Shown: positions 52,561-64,000 of the stretch, piece by piece | Position numbering within the stretch: the stretch's first letter is position 1 | Layout: each line of letters opens with the position of its first letter | NCBI RefSeq assembly: GCF_006345805.1 | Contig: NC_043005.1 | Coordinates: 86,862,001 to 86,926,000 of the forward strand | Origin: Octopus sinensis | Lineage: Eukaryota | Reading direction: 5' to 3' | DNA length: 64,000 bases | Position numbers and translations under genes: made by a program | The notes under the pieces: generated by a model | What the model was told of the DNA's origin: nothing | The model's input: only the letters and a program-made list of their open reading frames with translations | The model's database searches: none

Positions 52561-52769
52561 GATTAGTCCTTCCCTTTTCTATCACACAGATTATCGATTA
52601 CCGACTGCGCCACAGAATACGTTATGTATGCTAGATCTGCCTACACTATCGTTCCCTCTGATTGCAACAGCACAATACTTATTTCCTATTTAACACAACA
52701 GAGGTGGGCACTAAGCGAACCCACCAGGAACAAAAGAACCTGAATTACTACAAAAGAAAAATATTTATT

Positions 52770-52985
52770 TCTTTATTACCCACAAGGGGCTAAACATAGA
52801 GGGGACAAACAAAGAGGTTTAAGTCGACTACATCGACCCCAGTGCGTAACTGGTACTTATTTAATCGACTACAAAAGAATGAAGGTAAAGTCGAGCTCGG
52901 CGGAATTTAAAATCAGAACGTAACAGCAGACGAAATATCGCTAAGCATTTCGCCCAGTCGGCTTACGATCATGCCAGCTCATTGC
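52770..52985 (-). mobile_element. SINE family B
   Basis: Homology to the arrays. Confidence 0.8.
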
Positions 52986-53168
52986 CCTACAAATGAAAAA
53001 TATTATAGAAAGACATTTTAACCAGTCTAAAATATTTTGTATATCTCAAGAAAAAAATATTGGTACACCCGAAGAGAAACAAAAAAATTGCATAAAACAT
53101 TTGAAAACCAGAATTTATTATATTTTTCGTTGTTGTTTGTATTATTGTTCTTGCAGTCAGTTTTATTA

Positions 53169-53235
<67 letters not shown>

Positions 53236-53282
53236 CATCATTATTATTATTATTATTATTATTATCATTATTATTATTATTA

Positions 53283-53895
53283 TTCAGTTGTCTTATTTCT
53301 TTCACGTACTTTCACTTAACTACCGAGCTCAGTTCTCTGTGCCTTGGGTATGTGTTGTGGTTTGTTGTGATGTTCTTACGCTTACTGTATTGAAATTGTT
53401 TTATATAGGATGTGTGCAGTGTCGAGAAGTGTTATTTTCTGTATGATATATACACTTGTAACTCCGAGTGTTTTTGTTATGTATTTGTTTGAATATTCTT
53501 TTATCATACCTAACACGCCTACTATGATAGGAATTGTTTCTGTTTTTAGACTCCACATTCTAGTTACCTCTATTTCCATGTCTTTATATTTTGAAAGTTT
53601 CTCCTTTTCTTTTAGAGAAACATTGTAACATGTCATCTCTTGGTTCTGCTACACCAATTAGAAAACAGTTTTTCTTGGTGATCTCTGACAACTATATCCG
53701 GCCTATTGGGCTTAATTTCTGTATCAGTGTGCAACGGCATATCCCAGAGTATTGTTGGTTTCTCATTTTCTGTGACCCTTTCTGGCGTGTGCCTATGCCA
53801 TATTTTACTGTTGTTATTCCATAGTGCTGATATAGCTTCCAGCGTATATTGGTCCCAACTGTATCGTGCTTGTAAATATATTCCTTCTTAGCCAC

Positions 53896-53896
<1 letters not shown>
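53283..53896 (-). mobile_element. Second, shorter 5'-truncated R4/Dong-like LINE in (TAA)n
   Basis: AKKEYIYKHD...KEKEKLSKYKDMEIEVTRMWSLKTETIPIIVG; 3' UTR homologous to 28670-28767; (ATT)n on both sides. Confidence 0.9.
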
Positions 53897-53926
<30 letters not shown>

Positions 53927-54489
53927 GATGATGATGATATTGTTAAATTAACAAACTGCGTACAGTATTCCCATCAATGAATTAACGCGTTTTACTGCTA
54001 ATTATGAGTTTCCTTATCAGGATAAAATCCCAGTCATAAAAAACATTACGTAAAAGAGCTCTCACAAATTCTCATACAACAATTTATTAAACAGTCTAAA
54101 ATTAAGCAAACCGCCATTAAATCCAGCACACTAAAACGATTATTCGACAACTGCATAAACAACAAAGAATTTTATAATAAGCATAAATATAAAACTGATA
54201 GCCTCAATAACAACATACAGTATAAAGGTTATCATTTCCATAAAACCCATCAAAATCTAAAATAAAATGTTAAACAAAGCAGTTTGCTTAATAAAATTAT
54301 ACAAATTAAAGTCTAATTCATTTAAACTAATTATAGACGTCCATGTTGTTTCTGTGACTACCTTGTAATATCGTCAACGTTATGTAAATAAAATAGCAGA
54401 ATGGATTTTGCTTCGGTGAAGTTGCCTTTTGAAGTTTTCGAAAAGATGTTGCACGAGAAGTGCGTTTCTTCCAAGGTTGATACAATGAT

Positions 54490-54640
54490 TGGCTGTGTGG
54501 TAAGTAGCATGTTTACCAACCATATGGTTCCTGGTTCAGTCCCACTGCGTGGCACCTTGGTCAAATTCTTCTACTCTAGCCTCGGGCCGAGCAGAGCCTT
54601 GTGAGTGGATTTGGTAGACGGAAACTGAAACCAGCCCGTC

Positions 54641-54692
<52 letters not shown>

Positions 54693-54744
54693 GTGTATAT
54701 ATGTATGCATATATATATATGTCTGTATATATATACAGGCAACT

Positions 54745-54779
<35 letters not shown>

Positions 54780-55515
54780 ACAGTGTAAAGTGTAGCACGA
54801 GTGAACATAAAAATGAATGGTTTGAAAATGCAATTTTATGGAATAGCAAACATTCCTTAGCAACATAAAAGTCAGGAAATGTCAGAAAACATGTCAGGTC
54901 AGTTCCTCTTCAATATTTTGTGAATTCTTAAATATATCTCCTTCTGTGTATATATATATATATACCATCAAACAAATATGCTTTTTATTGAACTGATAAT
55001 ACTTTTTGTTGAATACTTTTTAAAATACTTTCTTGTAAACTGTTTTTAACATTTTCTTATTATTATCAAAGAATGTATAACTGTATTTTAATACTTTTGT
55101 GATAACCAGTACTTATACAACAAAGCTTATACAAGGCTTTACATTTTACTTTTGACAATATTTTTCTAAAGAAGTGAAACCGGTCAAGTGAATAAAAATC
55201 TTTAAAATTGCGTTTCAAACCTTCTTTCATATATATATATATGTGTGTGTGTGTGTGCGTGTGTGTGTGTGTTTGTGTGTGTGTGTGAGTGTGTGTCTGT
55301 GTGTGTGTGTGGGTGTATGTTTGTGTGTCTGTGTTTGGCCTCACCACCATCATTTGACAACCGATGCTGGTGTATTTACGTCCACAAACGGTTCGGCAAA
55401 GGAGACCGGTAGAATAAGTACTATGCTTACAAAGAATAAGTCCTTCGGTCGATTAGCTCGACTAACGGCCGTGCTCCAGCATGGCCGAAGTCAAATGACT
55501 GAAACAAATAAAAGA
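54490..55515 (+). mobile_element. SINE family A head (54490-54640) and body/tail (55320-55515) separated by TA tracts and a PLE-like tail
   Basis: Conserved SINE motifs. Confidence 0.6.
55145..55192 (+). ncRNA. Decayed hammerhead-like motif (U3-A8, ACCGGU stem III)
   Basis: UUUACUU-UUGACAA-...UUC(UAAA)GAAGU-GAAA-CCGG-UC-AAGUGAA. Confidence 0.55.
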
Positions 55516-56026
55516 ATTTAAAGAATAATAAGGATCCACGTGGGTGTGGTGGGCTGGGGTTCGATTCGATGCCTTCGACACCAGTACACAATTCATAATG
55601 AATTTATCGTTCTCAAATTGATGAAACGCAAAGTCGAACTAAGAGCAACTACATCTCTGAACTTCGCTTTAACCGGAAAAAAATGTTTCTAAGCATTTTG
55701 TTCGACATACTAACTACTCTACAAGCTTGGCAGTATGTTATCTTTTCTCTCGTAATTGTAAGTGAGACGAAATATATCAAAAGAGATGTTACACTTTAAC
55801 CAGCTTTGACCTGGTAGCGGATCTACAATCAAACGCTTTCCATTGTATCATTATCTGTTATATTCGAATATCACTGCCAATAATAAGCAATAGATTTTCC
55901 CTTTTAAGATCCCTGGACGTACTTTCAGAAGTATTTCGTGCTCAAATTAGTTTTAGACAAATGATATAGCGATGAACTACTCATGGGAAATATTTCTAAA
56001 TTCTTTATCTCAAATCTCAGCAAAAT

Positions 56027-56425
56027 AGGAGTGGCTGTGTGGTAAGTAGCTTCTTTACCAACTACATGGTTCCGGGTTCAGTCCCACTGCGTGGCCCCTT
56101 GGGCAAGTGCCCTCTACTATAGCCTCGGGCTGACCAAAGATTTGTGAGTGGATTTGGTAGACGGAAACTGAAAGAAACCCGTCGTATATATGTATATTAT
56201 ATGTGTGTGTGTGTATGTGTGCATATTTGTGTCTGTTTGTCTTCCAACATCGCTTGACAACCGATGCTGGTGGGTTTACGTCCTCGTAACTTAGCGATTT
56301 TGCAGAAGAGACCGATAGAATAAGTACTAGGCTTACAATGAATAAATCCTGGGGTCGATTTGCTCGACTAAAGACGGCGCTCCAGCATGGCCACAGTCAA
56401 ATGACTGAAACAAGTAAAAGAGTAA
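56027..56425 (+). mobile_element. SINE family A, full length
   Basis: Conserved head, body and tail. Confidence 0.87.
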
Positions 56426-57329
56426 TAGTAAGAGTAAAAGAGTAAAGAGAGTAACATAATATAATGAAAAATGTACAAATTCTGATGTAGAATATAGAAA
56501 TTCAGTAGATTCCAATGAAACTTCCAGCTGAAGAATAAGATCTCTGACACTTGATAATTATCTTTTTCATAAACGTCATCAAAACATCATGATGACAATA
56601 TTCTCATCGGCCAGAAAATAACTCCCAAACCACGCCATTCTTTCCCCCTCCCTCCCTCTCTCTATACATACATTCATACATACATACATACATACATACA
56701 TACATACATACATACATACATACATACATACATACGTACATACATACATACATACATACATGCATACATACATATTTACATATATATATATTCCCACAAA
56801 TTTATTATAATTAAGATTTGTCGTTAGTCGTGCAAAGTCGTAGGCAAAGGAACACACCACCTTTATAACGGTCAGAATAAGCTACCGGACACGTGACACG
56901 AATGCCACCAATCCTACATTCAACAATTCAACGCAATTTCGCCTTCGTCTCCTGCAAGACTGGAAGTGGAAAGCTACAGTAAACTTTTGTCCCTTTTCCT
57001 TTTTCATTTTCTTACGGGCAACAAGACGCACCTTGTTGGAAAACTAGAAACTATTATTATAGCTAATAGAATTAACTATTAAATATAAAACAGCCTTCCT
57101 TGTTTCTTGGAAGCTGAATGGACTGACATCAAAGGCGTGGGTGGTAGTGCCGATGGTGGTGGTGTTGGTAGTGGTGTGAAATAAATAGATTTTTATGCAA
57201 CGAGTAATGTTGCATAAAACCTACTAACTGCATTATCTGCAAATACGGTTGCAGTAATGGGCACATTTTCTCCTGACGTTTATAATGAATAGGAGAAAAC
57301 AGAGAAGATGGACAAACACGACAAAAGTA

Positions 57330-57780
57330 ATAAAACTACTAACAATTACAAAAGGAAAAACAGCTGAACAATTACAAGAACAACACCACCAACAGCAACA
57401 AAAACAAGCACAATAACAATAACATCAACGAGAACACGAACAGTAACATAAATATAATCATCATCAACATGAACATGTATTGTAATAACAAATGTAACAG
57501 AGAATCCGGGAGAAAAAAAGAAATTGGTAAAACACAAAAATGAGAATAAAAGATATAACTGACGAGGCAACAGCAGAAATAACGACATGAAATCAAGCAA
57601 AAGCTGAATAGGAATAAACACAACTAAAACAGCCATTGTAACAACAATTGCAATAACAACAACACCACCAACAAAAACAAAAACATTTTCAATGGTGTGC
57701 AGGGAGAGTACAAGTAGTCTGTAATAACTAAGCACATCAAAAATGAGAAGTGCAACGGTTGCAAAACAATAGAGAAGTAC
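57330..57780. repeat. Degenerate (AAC)n low-complexity tract
   Basis: Direct reading. Confidence 0.75.
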
Positions 57781-57982
57781 CAACGCTTATTCCATTTAAG
57801 TCTTTGAAAAATGTATAAATATATATAAAAAAGTAAAATGGAAATATTCGAAACGAAAGAAAAAAATTAACAGATAAATAAACTAATTTTCAAGAGCTTT
57901 GGTATCCTGTTTTATGTGGAATGTAATTTAAAATGCTGTGAAAAATGATGAATGTATACATTTATATACTTACTTCTGGCTG

Positions 57983-58027
<45 letters not shown>

Positions 58028-58474
58028 ATATATATATATATATACATATATATGCATATATACGTACACCTATACACACACACACATATATATATATATA
58101 CATATATATGCATATATACATACACCTATACATATAAATATATATATATATATATATCTGTCTATGTATATATATCTACATCTACGTGTTTGTGAGGGTG
58201 TGCATGTAAGTATGTATGTATGCGTTGTTGGAAGTATCGACAAGTATGCACATATAGCCGCATAAGCACAATAAAAATAAAAAAATAACTACAAAGCTAC
58301 AAATAATTACTCCTTCTCTCAAATGTCGATGTATATATATACATACACACACACATATATATATATGGGGATATATCCATATGTATATATATGTGTGTGT
58401 GTGTGTATGTGTGTGTGTGTGTATGTGTGTGTGTCTTTGAGAGAGTGATTTGCGCGCATTTCTATACGTGTGTA

Positions 58475-58517
<43 letters not shown>

Positions 58518-58766
58518 GTATGAAATAAGACCGATGCCAAACACCTAAATTTACCTGAGTTTTCCCTTCATCTCATGATATTTTTTCTGAAAAAAAAATC
58601 ACACAGAAATTGCATTCCTCTCCTTTATGTGCAGGTGAATTGCACCTGTGCAAATGCGCGATTCCATATACACAGACACACATTCAACCGCCCCGAAAAA
58701 CCACACACACACACACATATGTCCATACATATACATATATAATATATATATATATAATATATATAA

Positions 58767-58805
<39 letters not shown>

Positions 58806-58820
58806 CATACATACATACAT

Positions 58821-58863
<43 letters not shown>

Positions 58864-60085
58864 CATACATATATATATATATATATCCATACATATATAT
58901 ATATATACATGCATATATATATATTAAAGATATATATATATGCATATTATGTATTGTGTATAAGTTTATGTCTGTATGTGTGCGTGTGGTACCCAATAGG
59001 TGTACTATTAGTCTTGTATCACTTCAAAGTATTGGATTGAATGCCCAGTGAAATAGTATTTACTCCATATTAGATTGCAAGATCCTTTTTACAAACAACT
59101 AAACATGCAGCGCCATGCACGTTAATACGTTCACATAACACTTCAAACAGAATCGTTCCCCTTTATGCTTTATATTACTTATTACAATTACGAAGGCGTG
59201 TCTCTTTGCCCTTTAGAAATCTTCTAAGACCATTGACGTTGGAGTATTTAATGTAAGGGTTTCACTTGTGTTGTTCATATCTATACGTAAAACACTTTTG
59301 AAACGGCATTCACTGGATCAAAGTAAAACAAAAAAAAATGTAAGGATTGTCTGAAAGTGTCTAGCACGGGATTAAAAAGTAAGAAATGCGATAACACAAG
59401 AGAGTTGAATGTGTTGCGTCAGCAATGAAACATTTCATTCAATAGAGATTCATGTAGTATTATGTGAGCAAATGGAGGGCGTAGAATATGCTGCAGGGTG
59501 TTAGAGTGTTTGAGGTTGCAGGGTGTTATTTCGCTAAATTTGGCTATTTAGATATAGGAGTGGTGCACATGAGAATAGATTTGTGTAATCATCTATCATT
59601 TTTATTTGGGGGGGGGGGTTCTTTCTCTCATTAGACTGCTGCCATTCTGGAGCACTGCCTTGAAGAATCTTAGTGGAACGAATCGATAGCAGCAGTTATA
59701 TTTTTTAAGACTTCTGCTTAAATTCCGTCTCGCTGTTTTGCCGAAGCTCAAAGTTTCGGGGACGCAAAACACATCGATAGTGATTGTCAAGCGGTGCTGG
59801 CGGTGTTGGGAGAGGGAGACAAAGAAACTCTCACAAACCCTCACAAACATGCACACATACACATATACTCATATACACACACGCACAGACACACACACAC
59901 TCACTCACATGTATACACACATACACACTCACACACGCACACACACAAACACGCATACAAACATGTATACATAACGATCTGATTCCGTCTACCAAATCCA
60001 CGACCAAGGTACGACGCAGAGGGACTGAACCCGGAACAATATTGTTGTGAAGCAAACGTCTTACCTCACAGTCAAGCTTGCGTCT

Positions 60086-60280
60086 ATTCTTTTATTCTTC
60101 TACTTGTTTCAGTCATTTGACTGCAGCCATGCTGGAGCACTACTTTTAGTCGCACAAATCCACCCCAGGACTTATCCTTTGTAAGCCTAGTACATATTCT
60201 ATCGGTCAGTTGTGCCGAACTGCAAGGTTAAGGTGATATAAACTCACCAACATCTGTTTGAAGCGAAGTTGCGGGGACAA

Positions 60281-60320
<40 letters not shown>

Positions 60321-60477
60321 TCGACGGCCTTATTTCGGTTTCCGTCTACCAAATTCACTCACAAGTCTTTGTTCGGCCTGAGGCTATAGTACAAGAAATT
60401 TTCCCAAGGTGCCACTGGGACTGAACCCGGAACCATGTGGCTGCGAAGCAAGCTTTTTACTACACAGCCACTTCTGC
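60086..60477 (-). mobile_element. SINE family A, full length
   Basis: Conserved motifs. Confidence 0.85.
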
Positions 60478-60849
60478 GCATAGAAATATGTCAGACGCTT
60501 ACAGCACCTAGGTTTCCCAACAAACGAGATGAGGACAAATTTCCGTCAAATGTAAATAATATAAATACTGTTATCTAATCAAGTTTTGCGCAACATGTAT
60601 TATATGACATTCGCGGTTAACTCTACCTTGGAGTGATCTGCCCTTAGTCAGGGCCAGTGCATGTCAAACTTTTCCAGCACACTCTATGCTACCAGGGAGG
60701 TGCCATAACCTCCCCAGCTGCCATTAAGTCTGTTAGATTTACGGCTGTCCATGACTAGATTTGCGATGAATGTTGTAATGGTTACACGTTGCATTTTCCA
60801 GATAGGTGAGATTTGAACTGAAAATCTATAGAGCTGGGTGATATACCCA

Positions 60850-61517
60850 TATCTTTGCTACCCACAAGGGGCTAAACACAGAGAGGATAAACATAGACAG
60901 ACCAACAGATTAAGTCGATTAAATCGACTCCAGTCCGTAACTGGTACTTATTTAATCGATCCCGAAAGGATGAAAGGCAAAGTCGACCTCAGCGGAATTT
61001 GAACACAGAACGTAACGGCAGACTAAATATCTATTTCTTTACTACCCACAAGGGGCTAAACACAGAGAGGAAAAACAAGGACAGACAAACGGATTAAGTC
61101 GATTATATCGACCCCTGTTTGTAACTGGTAATTAATTTATCGACCCCCGAAAAGATGAAAGGCAAAGTCGACCTCGGCGGAATTTGAACTCAGACCGTAG
61201 TGGCAGACGAAATACGGCTACGCATTTCACCCGGCGAGCTAAAGTTTCTGCCAACTCGCCGCCTTGAGAGAGCTGTATGATATACCTATTTCTTTACTAC
61301 CCACAAGGAGCTAAACACAGAGGGGACAAACAAGGACTGATAAAGGGATTAAGTCGACTATATCGACCCCAGTGCGTAACTGGTACTTATTTAATCAATC
61401 CCCAATGGATGAAAGGCAAAGTCGACCTCGATGGAATTTGAACTCAGAACGTAACGGCAGAAGAAATACGGCTACGCATTTCACCCGGCGTGCTAACGAT
61501 TCTGCCAGCTCGCTACC
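60850..61517 (-). repeat. Tandem cluster of about 4 SINE family B copies
   Basis: Repeated CTACCCACAAGG.GCTAAACACAGAG...GATGAAAGGCAAAGTCGACCTC. Confidence 0.85.
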
Positions 61518-61589
61518 TGGATGATATACCGTAAGGCTTTTCTGCCGATGTGACAACGATTCTGCTCCTCTCCAACCCACAAGAATAAC

Positions 61590-61700
61590 CTGTCGTGAGG
61601 TGGTTTTGCTCGACAGAACAACATACCGCGCGGTCCGCGAATCGAACCTCGGGATCACCTTCGTGAGTACAACACCCTGACCACTCGATCACGCGCCTCG
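61590..61700 (-). mobile_element. tRNA-like SINE head
   Basis: TGATCGAGTGGTC (A box-like) and GGTTCGATTCG (B box-like). Confidence 0.6.
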
Positions 61701-62449
61701 ACAGAGAGAAACACTGGCATGCGAATGTTTTTATAACCACAATTTCACACAATACATACTTTAAAGTTCGCACATACACAGTTTTATGCAGGTATGTACT
61801 AGAGTATATTTTTTTCAATGCAGGTTGAATATCTTCCAGCAAGACACAGCTGCTGTGTTTTTATTCCATACAAACTTTCAACAGCATTAGACATTTTTGT
61901 GTCATTTATCTTTACGTTTATTGTTGCTCTCGATAAGTATTATGGTTTTCCGTCTAAACTAGATACTGACCTGTAATAAACTCTAACTTGAATATCATCC
62001 TCCAGTAAATGGATAATTCTCTCCATAAAATATATTCATGTGTTCCTTTAAAATATGTTTCTGATTGAATGTATTCATCAAGTAACATATCTTGTTTACA
62101 ATGGGTTATATTGTTATATTTTTTGTAAGAGCGCCAACTTGAACAGAGAGAAACACCATTCGCCTCTTATGTTAGTCACGTTGACTCTGGAAAATGATAT
62201 GAACAAAAAAATACGAACAACCATAAGGCAAAACTCTTAAGAATACATTTAAAGTTTACATATACTTGAAAAGTATTCGTATCGAATCACACATGAATGT
62301 GTATGTATATGTATATATATATATATGTGTGTGTGTGTTATGTGTAATCTATATGTATATATAAATGTGTGTGTGTGTCTGTATGTATGTGTAACCTATA
62401 TATGTATATAATATATATTTACATATATGTGTGTGTGTTTTGAGCATAT

Positions 62450-62481
<32 letters not shown>

Positions 62482-62514
62482 ATGCATATGTATATATATA
62501 TATATATAATATCT

Positions 62515-62581
<67 letters not shown>

Positions 62582-62724
62582 TGTACTTCTATCTTTTTTC
62601 CACTAGCTATCTTGCTTTATGAATATATACATACATACATACATATATGGTTCAAAATCGTAGAAAAGACAACCATAGAGAGAAGTATGGGAACAAGAGA
62701 CAAAGTGTATCAGTTTGACGCTGA

Positions 62725-62847
62725 TCAAAATATGGAAGACACTTTGAGCTTAGGAGACACCAACGCTCTTCTCTTCTTGAAAAATGAATGCGGAGAGGAA
62801 ACAATATGGAGATGGGAAGAGAAAATGGAGAGGAAAAAAGTCTGTGT

Positions 62848-62887
<40 letters not shown>

Positions 62888-62956
62888 CTACATATATAAA
62901 TATATATCAATATATACACATATATGTATATGTGTGTGTATAGATAGATAGATTGG

Positions 62957-62995
<39 letters not shown>

Positions 62996-62996
62996 G

Positions 62997-63070
<74 letters not shown>

Positions 63071-63100
63071 TTGATATAGAGGCAGATAGACACACATCTA
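62725..63100. repeat. (CA)n/(TA)n/(GATA)n microsatellites
   Basis: Direct reading. Confidence 0.9.
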
Positions 63101-64000
63101 TATGTGTATCGAAAATGTCATGATGAGAAACCACGTACAGAAAGTAAGATAGGACAGATGATTTGCTTTGTGTAAGGCAATATACCGATTTCTATATACC
63201 TCCTGATAACAAGCATGGCCCTACATTATAATCATCATCATCATCATCATTATTATAATTATTGTATTTTTATTATTACTATTATTATTTTTATTTTTAT
63301 TATTAGAAAACATGCAAGACGTGGACTCCTCCACGCCTCCAAATGGTGATGAGGAGGAATCCCAAAAGTCAAATAAAAAAGAAAGAGACACAGAAAAAGG
63401 CAAACACAGACACACAGATAACAACACCAACACCACCACAAATACCCGCAATAGAATCAAAAACAAAATAAACGGGTGTTTTCTGTATGATGTAATAATT
63501 CTGTTCATGAATAAAAGCACGTTGGAAACAGCTGTAGTATGTAAATCACAACTCATCTGGTATCATTTGTTTAAATACATATTTATATCGATGTATATAT
63601 ATATATATATATATACGATGGGCTTCTTTTAGTTTCCAAATTCTGTCGCAAGACCTAGATCAGTGCGGGTTGCCACACAGAGGGATTGAACCTTGAACCA
63701 CGTGGTTGGGAAGGCAACTTAGCAGCAAACCACATTTCAATTTTTTGCAATAGAATCATACTTTTAAAAATTCCATAAAGAATAAAGCTGGGTTTTAGCT
63801 ATATGAGCTGTATCTCTAAATTATAAAACGCAAAATTCAAACACAGACAGATTATATGGGAGATAAACTATGAAAGCGACTTGAAATCGACAGTTAATGT
63901 AATTTTAATCCACATACGTGGGCCTTGAATGTGTTAGAATCTTCAAACATATTCTGTAAGTATTGATCCTAGCTAAAAGTAGAATGTAACTAAGAAGATA

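Noticed and set aside
57346-57783. 145-aa hydrophobic ORF resembling a membrane protein
   Set aside because: Antisense translation of an (AAC)-rich low-complexity tract
61590-61700. Possible tRNA gene
   Set aside because: A/B boxes run into SINE body sequence and no full cloverleaf could be drawn
62040-62095. UUGAUGA...GAAACAUAUU on the minus strand
   Set aside because: Stem II does not pair; too degenerate to support
66-63632. Dozens of ORFs rich in YI/IY, LSIY, CV/VC, HT, poly-I/N/Y/L
   Set aside because: Translations of (TA)n, (GATA)n, (CA)n and (TAA)n microsatellites

Overview
AT-rich, microsatellite-saturated eukaryotic non-coding DNA. The SINE families and (TA)n/(GATA)n/(TAA)n density look like a coleoid cephalopod, probably Octopus; this is recognition, not a search result. 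No host-gene exon could be supported, and most ORF-track entries are microsatellite artefacts. Recognisable content: a ~5.9-kb Penelope-like element (PLE, Neptune-like; coiled-coil ORF + RT + C-terminal GIY-YIG) with long inverted arms, each ending in a type I hammerhead ribozyme (HHR); a ~605-bp non-coding unit in tandem and inverted copies, each with an intact-core type I HHR (retrozyme-like); about 10 further decayed HHR-like motifs, mostly beside (TA)n tracts; two R4/Dong-like LINE copies in (TAA)n; Helitron, mariner, Tx1/L1-like, HERO-like and CR1/L2-like remnants; many tRNA-derived SINEs. The main candidate system is a (TA)n-associated PLE plus non-autonomous hammerhead elements that may replicate through circular RNA. 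All structures were folded by eye. Single-base indels may be assembly errors.
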